Positions 9,095 through 19,689 are shown, counted from the first letter of the stretch. The stretch: 64,000 nt of DNA from Nitrososphaerota archaeon (GCA_041641295.1 JBEPYO010000001.1:1024001-1088000); one strand, 5' to 3'. Numbers and translations: made by a program. The notes: a model not told the origin generated them from the sequence alone.

Positions 9095-9461
9095 ACACGG
9101 CTATTTTAAGAGGATGCTTGTCTATGAGCTTGTAAAACCCTTACCGAATAGCGCTAATGTAGAGGTCACGCTATATAAGCCATACCAAGTAACAAACTCG
9201 TCATATAGGATACTGGGCATTATTGCCTATACTCAGAATGGATAGATAGGTAATGTAATAGCGTCGAGACTACACGATGGCGAGGAGTGGTAGAAGCAGT
9301 GATGTAATAAGGCTAACACTTATTCCTTAAATGCAAGTCAGTCGATAATAGAGGCTGTAAAAGATGATTCTGCTAACTCTTCACACATTCATGGCTTATA
9401 GTCGTAGTGAAGAAGGTTGTAAGCGAGCGCATAAATAGAGGCTGGCTGTCTGTTATGGTAG

Positions 9462-9665
9462 TTGAGGAGCTGTCCATACTGCGGCTCAACACTCACCTTC
9501 GATAGGATGGAGAAGATCTACAGTTGCGGCAGATGCGGAGCTGTTCTAACTCTTCAAGAACTGGTCGAGCACAGTGAGAAAGCTAGGGCTGAGAAGGAGA
9601 GGATGCTGAAGGAGAGGAGGAGGCACGAGGAGTACCTCGAGTGGTGGCTCTCGAGCAAGAAATAG
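9462..9665 (+). CDS. Small Zn-ribbon protein
   Basis: CPYC...CGRC followed by a charged helix ending YLEWWLS. Confidence 0.7.
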   Translation: MRSCPYCGSTLTFDRMEKIYSCGRCGAVLTLQELVEHSEKARAEKERMLKERRRHEEYLEWWLSSKK

Positions 9666-9943
9666 CCGCAGGCGGTAAGGCTGCCGTCAAACGTCCCCTC
9701 CTACTACTATATTTTCAACAAAGTAGCCAAGTAGATGGTCTCAGTCTGTGGCCGATTCTCCTATGCATCTCCCTGCCGGTATGCGGGAAGGGCTTTATAC
9801 GCCTAACTCTTCTGGGCCTTTCCCGCCCTTTTCTTTCTACCTCCACCACACTTTCTTCTACTCGCCATATCGCGAGTAGGTAAGTTTGGAGATATTAAAA
9901 ATTTGTGGGAGGGGAGGCGTGTTGGAGATATTGTGGGTCGGTT

Positions 9944-10603
9944 TTAAGCCGTGGCTTGGGCCCAAACTCGTTGGAACTCCTTTTCATAGTCTTCAGCTAT
10001 CGACGGATCTATTATTATGATTAGGTTCTCGTCGTTTTCGTTTTCTGCTGCGCGGGACCAGTTATAGCTCCCAGTCACGACTATTATACCGTCGATAATG
10101 GCCACCTTGTGGTGCATTAGGCGCGGGTTCCCGTCTAGCTTGACCTCAATTCCTGCGCCTAGCAGTCGGCCGTATTCGCTTCCCATGACGTTTGCCTGCT
10201 GGCTCTCAATAACCACCTTGACTTCTACGCCCCTATTCTTAGCCCGTATGAGCGCGTTGGCTATCTCGTCCGAGGTGAAGCTATACATCATGATATACAC
10301 GCTCTTTGACGCGCCATCAATCAGATCGATTATCAGGCTGGCACAGCTCTGAACTCTGGAGAAGCAGACAGTATCAACCTGCCTGAGAGAGACAGTCCCA
10401 TAGGCAGTGACTGTGGACGTTACAGTCTCAATGGATGTGAATGTTACAGTTGTAGGCTGCTCCACCACTATTTTCAGGGTTGTAGTCGCCCAGGCCGTGG
10501 TTGTTGTAGTCGTTGCCGTTCCGGGCTGTGGCCTAACGAGAGTGAGGGTGAGAACCATGAAGAGCAGAACGACTAGGACTACCAGCCAGGACTGGCGTCT
10601 CAT
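9944..10603 (-). CDS. Secreted/anchored phospholipase D family nuclease (single HKD, Nuc-like)
   Basis: Signal/TM segment, Thr-rich linker, MHHKVAIID...TGSYNWS...NDEN. Confidence 0.9.
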   Translation of the reverse strand: MRRQSWLVVLVVLLFMVLTLTLVRPQPGTATTTTTTAWATTTLKIVVEQPTTVTFTSIETVTSTVTAYGTVSLRQVDTVCFSRVQSCASLIIDLIDGASKSVYIMMYSFTSDEIANALIRAKNRGVEVKVVIESQQANVMGSEYGRLLGAGIEVKLDGNPRLMHHKVAIIDGIIVVTGSYNWSRAAENENDENLIIIIDPSIAEDYEKEFQRVWAQATA

Positions 10604-10711
10604 TCAAGGGATACTCGTGGATTTTTGGCTTTTATGTATTCTATCCGGTCTAGCCTTGACGCGGCGTTTGAAGCGCCTTAAGGGCGGGCCTGCCCTAGGT
10701 CTCGAGTTAAC

Positions 10712-10719
10712 TTTATATA
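10712..10719 (+). promoter_or_regulatory. TATA box upstream of the trp cluster
   Basis: TTTATATA about 115 nt upstream of trpD. Confidence 0.5.
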
Positions 10720-10833
10720 GCGTCGCGTGGTCCTGCTCAATTCGTGATATCCGGTGGTTTAGTTTGGTCGGAGTAGCCGCTTATTAGGCGAGGACGTGCC
10801 AGCTGCCGCTCTATCTGTGCGGGAATTCTTGGG

Positions 10834-11913
10834 GTGTTTGATGGGTTGTCTGTCCTGAAGAGTGTGTTAGCTAGGCTGGTGGAAGGGCATAGTCTCTCTG
10901 CTGAGGAGGCTGGAGAGGCTTTGAGGGAGATTGTCTCGGGCGGCGCTTCCCAGGTGTTGGTTGCCGCCTTTCTGACTGCGATGCGTGTCAAGGGTGAGGA
11001 TGAGGAGGAGCTACTCGGCATGGCTAGGCTGATGAGGGAGCTCTGCGTCAAGGTTGAGCTCAAAGACCCGCGGAGCGCGGTGGACATAGTTGGGACGGGA
11101 GGTGATCAGGTTAAGACAATCAATGTTAGCACGATCTCCGCCCTAGTCGTGGCTTCTGCGGGTGTTAAGGTTGCCAAGCATGGCAACAGGGCTGCGACTG
11201 GTGTCTGTGGTAGCGCCGACCTCCTCGAGGGGCTTGGAGTCAACATTAACATGGGGCCGGAAGAGGTGAGGAGGAGTGTCGACGAATGCGGCTTCGGTTT
11301 CATGTTTGCCCCGCTTTACCACCCCGCGATGAAGAGTGTGGCCACCATAAGGAGGGAGCTTGGCTTCAGGACGTTCTTCAACCTCCTCGGACCCCTAACC
11401 AACCCCGCAGGAGTGGGCAGGATGCTGGTCGGCGTATCAGACCCCAGATACCTCTCAAAGACTGCTGGAGTCCTGTCGAAGCTTGGATTGGAGAGGGGGA
11501 TGGTAGTCTGCTCAAGGGATGGGTTAGACGAGGTTTCCATCAACGGAGAGACGGAAATTGTGTGGATTGAGGGTGGGGAGACTTGGCGTGAGGTTTTGAG
11601 GCCGGAGAGCCTTGGAGTGGAGCCATCAAGCCTCGAGCCAGTCATCGTGAAGTCGCGGGAGGAGGCAATCGAGAACGCTGTAAAGATTCTACGAGGAGTC
11701 CTAAGCCCAAGCGACCCGCGAGTAAAAATGATACTGGTGAACTCTGCGGCGGCTTTGATGCTTGCAGGGGCATGCTCGAGCCTGAAGGAAGGCGTAGGAG
11801 TTGCCAGAGACCTCATATTCGAGGGTGAGGCCTTCGAGACCCTCCGTAGGGTCGTAGAGGTGAGTGGAGGTGACGGAAGGAGGCTTGAAGAGTATGTCGG
11901 GCGCCTCGCGTGA
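10834..11913 (+). CDS. trpD: Anthranilate phosphoribosyltransferase
   Basis: DIVGTGGD, NVST, KHGNR and GLDE motifs. Confidence 0.97.
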   Translation: MFDGLSVLKSVLARLVEGHSLSAEEAGEALREIVSGGASQVLVAAFLTAMRVKGEDEEELLGMARLMRELCVKVELKDPRSAVDIVGTGGDQVKTINVSTISALVVASAGVKVAKHGNRAATGVCGSADLLEGLGVNINMGPEEVRRSVDECGFGFMFAPLYHPAMKSVATIRRELGFRTFFNLLGPLTNPAGVGRMLVGVSDPRYLSKTAGVLSKLGLERGMVVCSRDGLDEVSINGETEIVWIEGGETWREVLRPESLGVEPSSLEPVIVKSREEAIENAVKILRGVLSPSDPRVKMILVNSAAALMLAGACSSLKEGVGVARDLIFEGEAFETLRRVVEVSGGDGRRLEEYVGRLA

Positions 11914-12688
11914 TTTTTTGCGGCAGCTCTGCGAGGAGGCGCGCAGGCGCGTGGTGGAGGGCTACTACAAGGTCGAAGATGAGGTGGTGAGCCTCAAGAC
12001 GGTGGGCAGTCTGAAGAGCTCAATACTTAGCTGTGAGGGAAACGCTGTGATAGCTGAGTTTAAGAGGTCCTCACCTAGTGCGGGCTCAATCTCTACGGAT
12101 GCGAGGAGCGACTCAGCAGTGAGGGCTATGGAGAGGGGTGGGGCCTGTGGTATCTCCGTGCTTACTGCGAGGGAGTGGTTTGGCGGCTCCCTCGAGGACC
12201 TGAGACTGGCTAGAGCTTCCTGCGGCCTCCCCATCCTGATGAAGGATGTGGTGGTCTCTGAGGAGCAGATACGGGCTGCACACCAACTCGGCGCACAGGC
12301 CGTCCTCCTAATCCTCCGGGCTTTCAAGCGCGGATATACAGACCTGACGCTGAGCCAAGCAATCAGGACTGCTAGAGACTATTCTCTCGAGGTACTGCTC
12401 GAGGCCTGCAGCAGGGAGGAGCTTTCAGAGGCGGTGTCGACCGACGCTGATATTCTCGGCGTAAATTCGAGAGACCTCTCAACCCTCAGGGTGGATAAGA
12501 GGGTCCACGAGGAGGCGGTTGTGGGCGTGGACCTCGATGATAGGGTTCTGGTGGCTGAGAGTGGTATTGAGACGGCGGAGGATATCAGGAGGCTGAGGAG
12601 GATAGGCTATAGAGCCTTCCTAGTCGGCACCGCCATAATGAGGTCTGGCGATATTGAGGCTAAGACGAGGGAGCTGGTGATGGCCTAA
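11864..12688 (+). CDS. trpC: Indole-3-glycerol phosphate synthase
   Basis: IAEFKRSSPS, ISVLT, LMKD, GVNSRDL and VAESGI motifs. Start is probably ATG 11894. Confidence 0.96.
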   Translation: MEVTEGGLKSMSGASRDFLRQLCEEARRRVVEGYYKVEDEVVSLKTVGSLKSSILSCEGNAVIAEFKRSSPSAGSISTDARSDSAVRAMERGGACGISVLTAREWFGGSLEDLRLARASCGLPILMKDVVVSEEQIRAAHQLGAQAVLLILRAFKRGYTDLTLSQAIRTARDYSLEVLLEACSREELSEAVSTDADILGVNSRDLSTLRVDKRVHEEAVVGVDLDDRVLVAESGIETAEDIRRLRRIGYRAFLVGTAIMRSGDIEAKTRELVMA

Positions 12689-13320
12689 TGGCGAGGGTCC
12701 GGGTCAAGATATGTGGGATTAGACGGGTGGAGGATTTGAGGGCCGCTGTTGAGGAGGGCGCAGACGCTGTGGGGATGGTCGTGGGCTTTCCACTCTCACC
12801 CCGAAACCTAAGCCTATCTGAGGCGATGGAGGTTCGGAGGAGGGTGCCGGTCTTCGTCGACGCGGTACTTGTCATGAGGGCTGATAGCCCTGAAGAATTT
12901 AGTGGACTGGTGGAGGAGCTGGAACCTGACGCTATACAGCTCTACGGTCAGTTATCCTTAGCCGAGGCCAGAGACTTGGCACCTGAATGCATGCTGATAA
13001 AGCCTGTAAAGGCGGGCACAGAGCTCGGAGACATCGACCTATCCCAAGCCGATGCCATCCTCTTGGACAGCCACTCGGAAGCCCTCCCCGGCGGCACAGG
13101 CAGGACACACGACTGGCACGCTGCCCGCAGGCTCAGAGAGCAGATAAGCCTCCCCCTAATCCTAGCAGGTGGATTAAATCCATCGAACGTGTACGAGGCT
13201 GTGAGGGTTGTGCAGCCCTATGCAGTGGACGTCTCGTCGGGTGTCGAGTCAGCTCCAGGCGTCAAGAGTAGAGAGTTGATTAGGGCCTTTATCAAGGCTG
13301 CTCTGGGTGAGGAGACGTGA
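12688..13320 (+). CDS. trpF: Phosphoribosylanthranilate isomerase
   Basis: [20 protein letters not shown] and VDVSSGVE motifs. Confidence 0.97.
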   Translation: MARVRVKICGIRRVEDLRAAVEEGADAVGMVVGFPLSPRNLSLSEAMEVRRRVPVFVDAVLVMRADSPEEFSGLVEELEPDAIQLYGQLSLAEARDLAPECMLIKPVKAGTELGDIDLSQADAILLDSHSEALPGGTGRTHDWHAARRLREQISLPLILAGGLNPSNVYEAVRVVQPYAVDVSSGVESAPGVKSRELIRAFIKAALGEET

Positions 13321-14522
13321 TGGCTGGGGGTTATCATCTGCCTGACGGCCGGGGCCGCTTCGGCGCCTACGGCGGCAGATACGTTCCCGAGACTCTCATG
13401 GAGCCACTCATAGAGCTTGAAGAAGCCTACAAGAAGCTCAGGGACGACAAGTCCTTCCGCGAGGAGCTGGACATACTGCTTAGAGACTACGCGGGCAGGC
13501 CAACACCCCTATACTACGCCGAGCGGCTTACCAAAGAGCTGGGAGGCGCAAGGATCTACCTCAAGAGGGAGGACTTAGCCTTCACCGGCGCCCACAAGAT
13601 CAACAACGCGTTGGGGCAGGCTCTCTTGGCTAAGAAGATGGGTAAGACGAGGCTGGTGGCTGAGACTGGTGCGGGGCAGCACGGCGTGGCTACTGCGACC
13701 GTGGCGGCCAGAATGGGGTTCAGGTGCACGATCTACATGGGTGCTGAGGACATGGCGCGGCAGGCAGTGAACGTCTACAGGATGAGGCTGCTCGGCGCGG
13801 AGGTCAGGCGAGTAGACTCCGGATCTAAGACGCTGAAGGACGCCATAAACGAGGCACTGAGAGACTGGGCAACAAACGTCAGGGACACCCACTACCTCCT
13901 AGGCTCGGCGGTCGGCCCACACCCATACCCCATGATCGTCCGCGACTTCCAGTCAGTAATCGGAAGGGAGATCAGGGCGCAGATACTGGAGAGGGAGGGT
14001 AGGCTACCAGACTTGGTTGTGGCTTGTGTGGGTGGTGGAAGCAACGCTATTGGGACATTCTACCCCTTCATAGAGGATAAGGGTGTCAAGCTGGTGGGCG
14101 TCGAGGCGGGTGGGGAGGGGCTGGAGACTGGAAGACACGCGGCAAGCCTCGCGGGCGGCTCACCCGGAATACTTCACGGCATGTACTCCTACGTCATGCA
14201 GGATGAGCACGGACAGATTAGAACGACACACAGCATATCGGCCGGCCTGGATTACCCGGGGGTGGGGCCCGAGCACGCCTTCCTGAAGGAGTCGGGCAGG
14301 GCAGAGTATGTGGCTGTAGGAGACCGCGAAGCTCTTGAAGCCTTCCTAACTCTCACACGTCTTGAGGGAATCATGCCGGCGCTAGAGCCAGCCCACGCCC
14401 TAGCCTACGTCATGAAGATTGCACCAACCATGCGTAGCGACGACATCATAGTCCTGACACTCTCAGGCCGGGGAGAAAAGGACCTAGACATTGTTAGCCG
14501 AAGTCTGGGTGGATTGTTTTGA
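13317..14522 (+). CDS. trpB: Tryptophan synthase beta chain (TrpB1 type)
   Basis: GAHKINN (PLP lysine), [17 protein letters not shown] and [11 protein letters not shown] motifs. Confidence 0.98.
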   Translation: MMAGGYHLPDGRGRFGAYGGRYVPETLMEPLIELEEAYKKLRDDKSFREELDILLRDYAGRPTPLYYAERLTKELGGARIYLKREDLAFTGAHKINNALGQALLAKKMGKTRLVAETGAGQHGVATATVAARMGFRCTIYMGAEDMARQAVNVYRMRLLGAEVRRVDSGSKTLKDAINEALRDWATNVRDTHYLLGSAVGPHPYPMIVRDFQSVIGREIRAQILEREGRLPDLVVACVGGGSNAIGTFYPFIEDKGVKLVGVEAGGEGLETGRHAASLAGGSPGILHGMYSYVMQDEHGQIRTTHSISAGLDYPGVGPEHAFLKESGRAEYVAVGDREALEAFLTLTRLEGIMPALEPAHALAYVMKIAPTMRSDDIIVLTLSGRGEKDLDIVSRSLGGLF

Positions 14523-15325
14523 GCAATATATCAAAGACCTTCAGAGATAGCCTATCCTCAGGCCGCGCCGCCCTCATCGGCTACCTAACGGCTGGAGACC
14601 CAAGCCTGGAGCAGACGCTGATATATGCTGAGGCGCTGGTGGAGGGAGGGGTCGACATCTTAGAGCTCGGCGTACCCTTCAGCGACCCTGTAGCCGATGG
14701 AGTAACAATCCAGGCCTCAGCCCAACGCGCACTAGCCGCAGGGACCAAGCTGCTAGATGTCATAAGACTCTCATCCACCATCAAGAAGTCCCTCGAAACA
14801 CCAGTAGTAATCCTCTCCTACCTAAACCCGATATACCGCATGGGGTTCAGGAAGTTCTTCGAAGAGGCAGGCTCCTCCGGAGTTGACGGCGTGGTCGTCC
14901 CAGACCTTCCAGTCGAGGAGTCCACAGACTTCAGGGAAGAGGCGCGGAGAGCTGGCGTGGACACGATATTCCTAGCGTCGCCAACTACTTCGGACAGCAG
15001 GCTGGACCAGATACTCAGGGCCTCGGAGGGCTTCGTCTACCTAGTCTCACTCCTAGGAGTAACTGGTGTGAGGAGAGAGCTATCCCTAGAGGCCTCGAGG
15101 ATACTCGAGCGGGTCAAGGCGAGGAAGGAGAGACCCTACGTAGCCGTAGGGTTCGGAGTATCATCCCCAGACCACGTCGCAGCACTCGTAAAAAGCGGCG
15201 CGGAGGGCGTCATAGTTGGGAGCGCGTTGGTAAAGATAGTCGAGGAAAACCTCAACAACCCCTCAAAATGTTTAGAACAGCTAAGGCGCTTCGCCACCAG
15301 TCTTAAAGAAGCAACCACATTATAG
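14519..15325 (+). CDS. trpA: Tryptophan synthase alpha chain
   Basis: [23 protein letters not shown] and IVGSA motifs. Confidence 0.97.
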   Translation: MSNISKTFRDSLSSGRAALIGYLTAGDPSLEQTLIYAEALVEGGVDILELGVPFSDPVADGVTIQASAQRALAAGTKLLDVIRLSSTIKKSLETPVVILSYLNPIYRMGFRKFFEEAGSSGVDGVVVPDLPVEESTDFREEARRAGVDTIFLASPTTSDSRLDQILRASEGFVYLVSLLGVTGVRRELSLEASRILERVKARKERPYVAVGFGVSSPDHVAALVKSGAEGVIVGSALVKIVEENLNNPSKCLEQLRRFATSLKEATTL

Positions 15326-15332
15326 CATCTTT

Positions 15333-15770
15333 TCAGGGAATCTCGTCCAGTGGTGTCGGCGCCTCCCTCTCAATGTATGTTATGTGATGGACCTCTCCCC
15401 CCAGCCTAACCATGTGTCGCGACGACTTGGATGGAAGCTTCTTACCAGTTAATCCCGCGTTGATAACCATCTCCTTCGTAACGGGAGGCTTGTTGTCCCA
15501 AGGCAGCACTTCGATCTCAGGCCTCCAATAGTCCACGAAGTATGCGGGGATATGGGTCTTGCCAAGCCTCTTCATGCAGTTATACCTGTGATGACCGTCG
15601 AGTATCACCTTTGTCTTCGCATCGACGATTATGGGCCTCTTCAACACGCCGTCATTCTTGATCTCTGCTAAAAGCTCCTCCAGATGCGCCGGATTATACT
15701 CCTCATGCTCCCGCAGCTCCTCAAGCCTGACTAGAACCGGCTTGAGGTTTAGCAGGTCTTCACCAGCCAT
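15333..15770 (-). CDS. Stand-alone ParB/Sulfiredoxin N-terminal domain protein
   Basis: LREHEE...PIIVD...ILDGHHR. Confidence 0.85.
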   Translation of the reverse strand: MAGEDLLNLKPVLVRLEELREHEEYNPAHLEELLAEIKNDGVLKRPIIVDAKTKVILDGHHRYNCMKRLGKTHIPAYFVDYWRPEIEVLPWDNKPPVTKEMVINAGLTGKKLPSKSSRHMVRLGGEVHHITYIEREAPTPLDEIP

Positions 15771-15851
15771 TCTTATTCACTCCTAAATATGCTCGTATAA
15801 AAACCCAAGCCACCCAAGAGATATCAGCCACAAGAAACAGTCTGAGAGAGG

Positions 15852-16784
15852 GTGGGGTTGGAGAAGGTAATTCTCGACATGGATCCTGGTATAGATGACG
15901 CCTTAGCTCTACTGCTTGCAATTAGCTCGCCCGAGTTCGCATTACAAGGAGTCACAACGGTGGCCGGTAATACGACTGTTGAGAAGACAGGTCTAAACGC
16001 GAGGCGTGTCTTAGAGTATGTGGAGCGCGGCGAGGTCCCGGTCTACTACGGCTCATCCTCACCCATGGCCCGGCCTCTCGCAACTGCTGAACACGTCCAC
16101 GGCTCGGATGGGCTTGGTGAGGCTGGAATACCGATGCCCCGCCAACCACCAACTCCCGGCGGTATCCATTTCATCGCAGAGACAGTAGCGAAGAATCCCC
16201 ATGATATCACAATCATAGCCACAGGCCCCTTGACCAACGTAGCGCTAGCCTTCATCCTATACCCTCGCACGCCGAGGCTTGTCAAAAGGCTCGTCATAAT
16301 GGGTGGTGCGTACCATCTCACACCCTATGGGCGTGGAAACGTGACTCCCCTCTCAGAGTTCAACATCTATACCGATCCCGAAGCCGCAAACATCGTCTTC
16401 AACTCGTCAGTCCCCATAACATGTGTTGGCCTAGACATATCCACTGACCCATCAGTCAAGATCAACAGAAAGAGATACGAGGAGATAAGGGGGTTGAGGG
16501 GGAAGAAGGCGGAACTTGCCTCGAGGATCATGAAGTATCAGTTGGAGAAGTTTGGGGAGGTTGAGGTGCATGACGCTTTGGCGGTTGCAGCGGCTTTGAG
16601 GCCCGAGATCTTTCGTGCAGTCGAGATGAGGGTCCAGGTCCTGACCAATAACGACGCCTCAAGAGGAGCTACGGTAGCCGTCAAGGCGGGGGAGGGTGAG
16701 AGGGGAAACGCAAACATCTGCATAGGCGTGGATGCAGAGAAATTCTTCGAACTCTTCCTCTCCAGACTCTCAGAGCCCGGTTAG
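15852..16784 (+). CDS. Inosine/uridine-preferring nucleoside hydrolase
   Basis: DMDPGIDD, HGSDGLG, TGPLTN, EFNIYTDPEAA and HDAL motifs. Confidence 0.95.
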   Translation: MGLEKVILDMDPGIDDALALLLAISSPEFALQGVTTVAGNTTVEKTGLNARRVLEYVERGEVPVYYGSSSPMARPLATAEHVHGSDGLGEAGIPMPRQPPTPGGIHFIAETVAKNPHDITIIATGPLTNVALAFILYPRTPRLVKRLVIMGGAYHLTPYGRGNVTPLSEFNIYTDPEAANIVFNSSVPITCVGLDISTDPSVKINRKRYEEIRGLRGKKAELASRIMKYQLEKFGEVEVHDALAVAAALRPEIFRAVEMRVQVLTNNDASRGATVAVKAGEGERGNANICIGVDAEKFFELFLSRLSEPG

Positions 16785-16816
16785 CACCATACAAGGATTT
16801 ATTTCACGACTAGCGA

Positions 16817-17740
16817 GTGGAGGGAGGAATGAGGATCCTGAGCTCAGGATACTTCCTATCAGCATTCAACGCGCTGGTCTTCATCTTCCCCACCGTTATA
16901 TTCTACCCCGTACTCGCGACCTATCCGGCCTCGATAGTACTTCGTGGGTGGGGTTGGCGCTCTCTGAGGAGCAGGCTTGGCCCATTGGGTGTCCTCTACC
17001 CCGCGATATGGGGTCTCGGCGCCCTCACATATCTCGCACTAATCCTCTCGTTCCTCGAGATATTCAGGGAGGGCATCTGGGTTGCGCTAGCGGCGTGGGT
17101 GGTGTACTCCATCCTCGAGGCCTCTCTATACCTCAGGGCCGCGGGTAAGCTCAGGATTAGGCTACTGTATGCATCACCAGTCAGCTTGGCAGGTGTTAGT
17201 GCCATAGTGGCTTCCATAGTTATGATATGGGGCTCGTCCAAATTCCCAAGCGAGATAAGATACGGAGACCTTACACCACTGTTCTTCGGAGGGGCAGCAT
17301 GCCTCGTAGCATCAGCCTTGATAACCGCGGTAGCAGCCCTCCAGATAAGGGCTGAGAAACCGACTGGTGAGAGGGAGCTCGAGTCCCTACTGGTGACTCT
17401 GCCTCGATACTCGTCGGCCGCAGCCACCCAGTCGCCGCAGCCCACACAGCCCACAGCAAGGCCCAAAGGAGCACTCACTGCGGGTACTTCGCGCACAGCG
17501 CTAATAGGCTTGGAGGTTGTGAGCCGGAGCGACACACTGGTCTGTCTAAAATGTGGAGCTAGTGCACCTATAGGAGCGGTGAATTGTCCGGAGTGTGGTG
17601 AGAGGTTTAGGAAGGCCGCCTCAGGTCTAAGATGCCCTGTCTGTGAGGCGCCATTTTCAATCGCTAAACCCATCTCGGCGGGCCATTATGTCTGTGGACA
17701 ATGCTTCTCGGACATCAGGGTGGTGAGGCGCGCGTCTTGA
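16817..17740 (+). CDS. Multi-TM protein with C-terminal tandem Zn-ribbons
   Basis: About 6 TM helices, a Pro/Gln/Thr linker and four CxxC pairs (CLKC, CPEC, CPVC, CGQC). Confidence 0.75.
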   Translation: MEGGMRILSSGYFLSAFNALVFIFPTVIFYPVLATYPASIVLRGWGWRSLRSRLGPLGVLYPAIWGLGALTYLALILSFLEIFREGIWVALAAWVVYSILEASLYLRAAGKLRIRLLYASPVSLAGVSAIVASIVMIWGSSKFPSEIRYGDLTPLFFGGAACLVASALITAVAALQIRAEKPTGERELESLLVTLPRYSSAAATQSPQPTQPTARPKGALTAGTSRTALIGLEVVSRSDTLVCLKCGASAPIGAVNCPECGERFRKAASGLRCPVCEAPFSIAKPISAGHYVCGQCFSDIRVVRRAS

Positions 17741-17759
17741 AAAAGCGTAACTCCCCTAT

Positions 17760-18236
17760 TTAACCAAGCTTCGTAATAGTGTCGAGGCTTGGTGGGTTGT
17801 TTACCGAGGCTGAAGCCAAAACCCTCCCCACGTCATCCAGTATCAGTATCACCCTCTCCCCCCTCCTTCTCTCATTATAATCCACATACCTCACCCTCAC
17901 TGAGCCGTGAACCGCGTCAACTATTGTAAGCCTGGCTCCTAACGAGGGAGCATAATGTAGCCCATGATTATTTGAAAGAGGCAACACTACATCCCAAACG
18001 CTCTCCACGCTGAAAACCCCCATGACCCGCCTCTTTCTACGCGCCTCCCACCTCAACCATATCGGGAGGGTGATCGTCGCGGGGAGTATGAGGATTGCTG
18101 CAAGGTATTTGTTGCCAGTGAAGATGTAGAGTGCTGCAGCGAGCAAGGGAAACAGAGTGAGCATCTCTACCGCAAGTATTCTCAGATATTTGTCGTGGAG
18201 GAGGAGCCTGTCAACATCACCGGCTACCGGTAGCAC
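17760..18236 (-). CDS. Hypothetical membrane protein
   Basis: Two TM helices plus a small soluble domain; fills the gap downstream of the beta-CASP gene. Confidence 0.55.
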   Translation of the reverse strand: MLPVAGDVDRLLLHDKYLRILAVEMLTLFPLLAAALYIFTGNKYLAAILILPATITLPIWLRWEARRKRRVMGVFSVESVWDVVLPLSNNHGLHYAPSLGARLTIVDAVHGSVRVRYVDYNERRRGERVILILDDVGRVLASASVNNPPSLDTITKLG

Positions 18237-18279
18237 CTTGTGTAAACAGGTAAAAGGGTTGCTGTTAAGCGTTACCCAT

Positions 18280-19536
18280 CTATAAGATGATAGGTTCAGG
18301 TCCCGCCGGGTTTATGGCCTTGAAGCCTGTGTTCTCGTTTATCCAAGCTGCGAATGCCTCACAGGATTCTGGGTCGCCATGTATTGTTATTGCTACTCCT
18401 GAGTCCCCGCGTTTAGATATGTATTCTCTGAGCTCTGCTTGACCCGCGTGTGCTGAGAGCTTATACTGTACGACTTTAGCGGCTGCCTTGAGCTCCGAGC
18501 TATTAAACGCGAGTTTTCCCTCGGCCAGAAGCTTGGCGCCGGGTGTGTTAGGAGCTTGGAAGCTTACAAGCAGTATAGAGGATGCAGGGTCCTCCGCAAC
18601 TTTGGCGGCATAGTAGGCTGCAGGGCCGCCCTTCAGCATACCTGCCGGGCTGACCACCACTCCAGGCTCATCCAGCAGTCTCTCCCTATCCCTCTTACCT
18701 TTCACAATCCTGAGCTTCCGACTCGCCTTCGCCAAGAGGTCTACCCCGTCCACATAGGTCTCATCCTCGATGTAGAGTTCGAGAAGCTGCCTGGCCATGC
18801 CATCAATCCATACGGGCTCCTTGAAGCCATGGGCATAGAGTATGCAGGCCACCTCCTGTGCCCTGGCCACGGCAAAGGATGGCACTACTACCACACCGCC
18901 CTGGTTCACAGTCTCCCTCGCCACCTCTACGACCCTATCCTCCAGCGTCCTCCGAGGCAGATGGGCCTCACGCGCATATGTTGACTCGGTGATGACCACG
19001 TCGAACCCGGTGCCCGGGTCGTCGCAGCCATCGAGCAGCCTCGTCTTCACTGACGTGAAGTCGCCGGTATAGAGGAGCGTCTTATCTGCATTAACTATTA
19101 TCTGCGCGCTTCCAGGAATGTGGCCGGCGTCGACGAACTCGATCTCAGCGTCCTTAACCCTAAACCTCTCACCATACCTCACCCTCTGAACAGTCCTGAC
19201 GAACTTTGTGACCTCTGAGCCTGCGAAGGGGAGATAGTAGCCGCTGAGCTTCAACATGTCCTTCAGCAGAATCTCGGCCTGTCTGACTGTTGACTCGGTC
19301 GCATAGATTTTGGGCGTGGTGCTGACTAGCAGGAGTGGGGCTGCGCCCACGTGGTCTAGGTGGGCGTGGGATATCAGTACGGCGTCCAAGTCCTTGGGCG
19401 AGACGTGGCCGGGCAGAATTACCCGGTCATCTATCCTGACACCATAGTCTAACAATATTCTGGCCCCGCCAGCCGTCTTCACCAGTATGGCCGATCTTCC
19501 GACCTCCCTAGCCCCGCCTAAAACCTTAATCTCTAT
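18280..19536 (-). CDS. MBL-fold beta-CASP ribonuclease (archaeal CPSF-like, without KH domains)
   Basis: SHAHLDH, AGHIPGS, YTGD, ITESTY, LSAHA and IHGD motifs. The conserved N-terminus IEIKVLGGAREVGRS extends the ORF to an ATA at 19536. Confidence 0.93.
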   Translation of the reverse strand: MEIKVLGGAREVGRSAILVKTAGGARILLDYGVRIDDRVILPGHVSPKDLDAVLISHAHLDHVGAAPLLLVSTTPKIYATESTVRQAEILLKDMLKLSGYYLPFAGSEVTKFVRTVQRVRYGERFRVKDAEIEFVDAGHIPGSAQIIVNADKTLLYTGDFTSVKTRLLDGCDDPGTGFDVVITESTYAREAHLPRRTLEDRVVEVARETVNQGGVVVVPSFAVARAQEVACILYAHGFKEPVWIDGMARQLLELYIEDETYVDGVDLLAKASRKLRIVKGKRDRERLLDEPGVVVSPAGMLKGGPAAYYAAKVAEDPASSILLVSFQAPNTPGAKLLAEGKLAFNSSELKAAAKVVQYKLSAHAGQAELREYISKRGDSGVAITIHGDPESCEAFAAWINENTGFKAINPAGPEPIIL

Positions 19537-19689
19537 AGCCCATCACCATCTCTTCTATTCACTTTTCTTAACCCACTATTCTGACCTCCTATATGGGGAA
19601 GCAACGTTATATACCTACTCTGAGGCCTCGGGCAGCGGCGTAGGTCATGATTTTTAACTGCGGGTTTAGGGTGCGTTCTGAGGTGTGGC

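Noticed and set aside
9858-9879. Hairpin CTACTCGC/GCGAGTAG as a terminator
   Set aside because: A single 8-bp stem far from either stop codon; could be chance.
16996-17673. 225-aa antisense ORF and other shadow ORFs (e.g. 11316-11816, 20730-21278, 60297-60893)
   Set aside because: They lie opposite well-supported genes and have no recognisable motifs.
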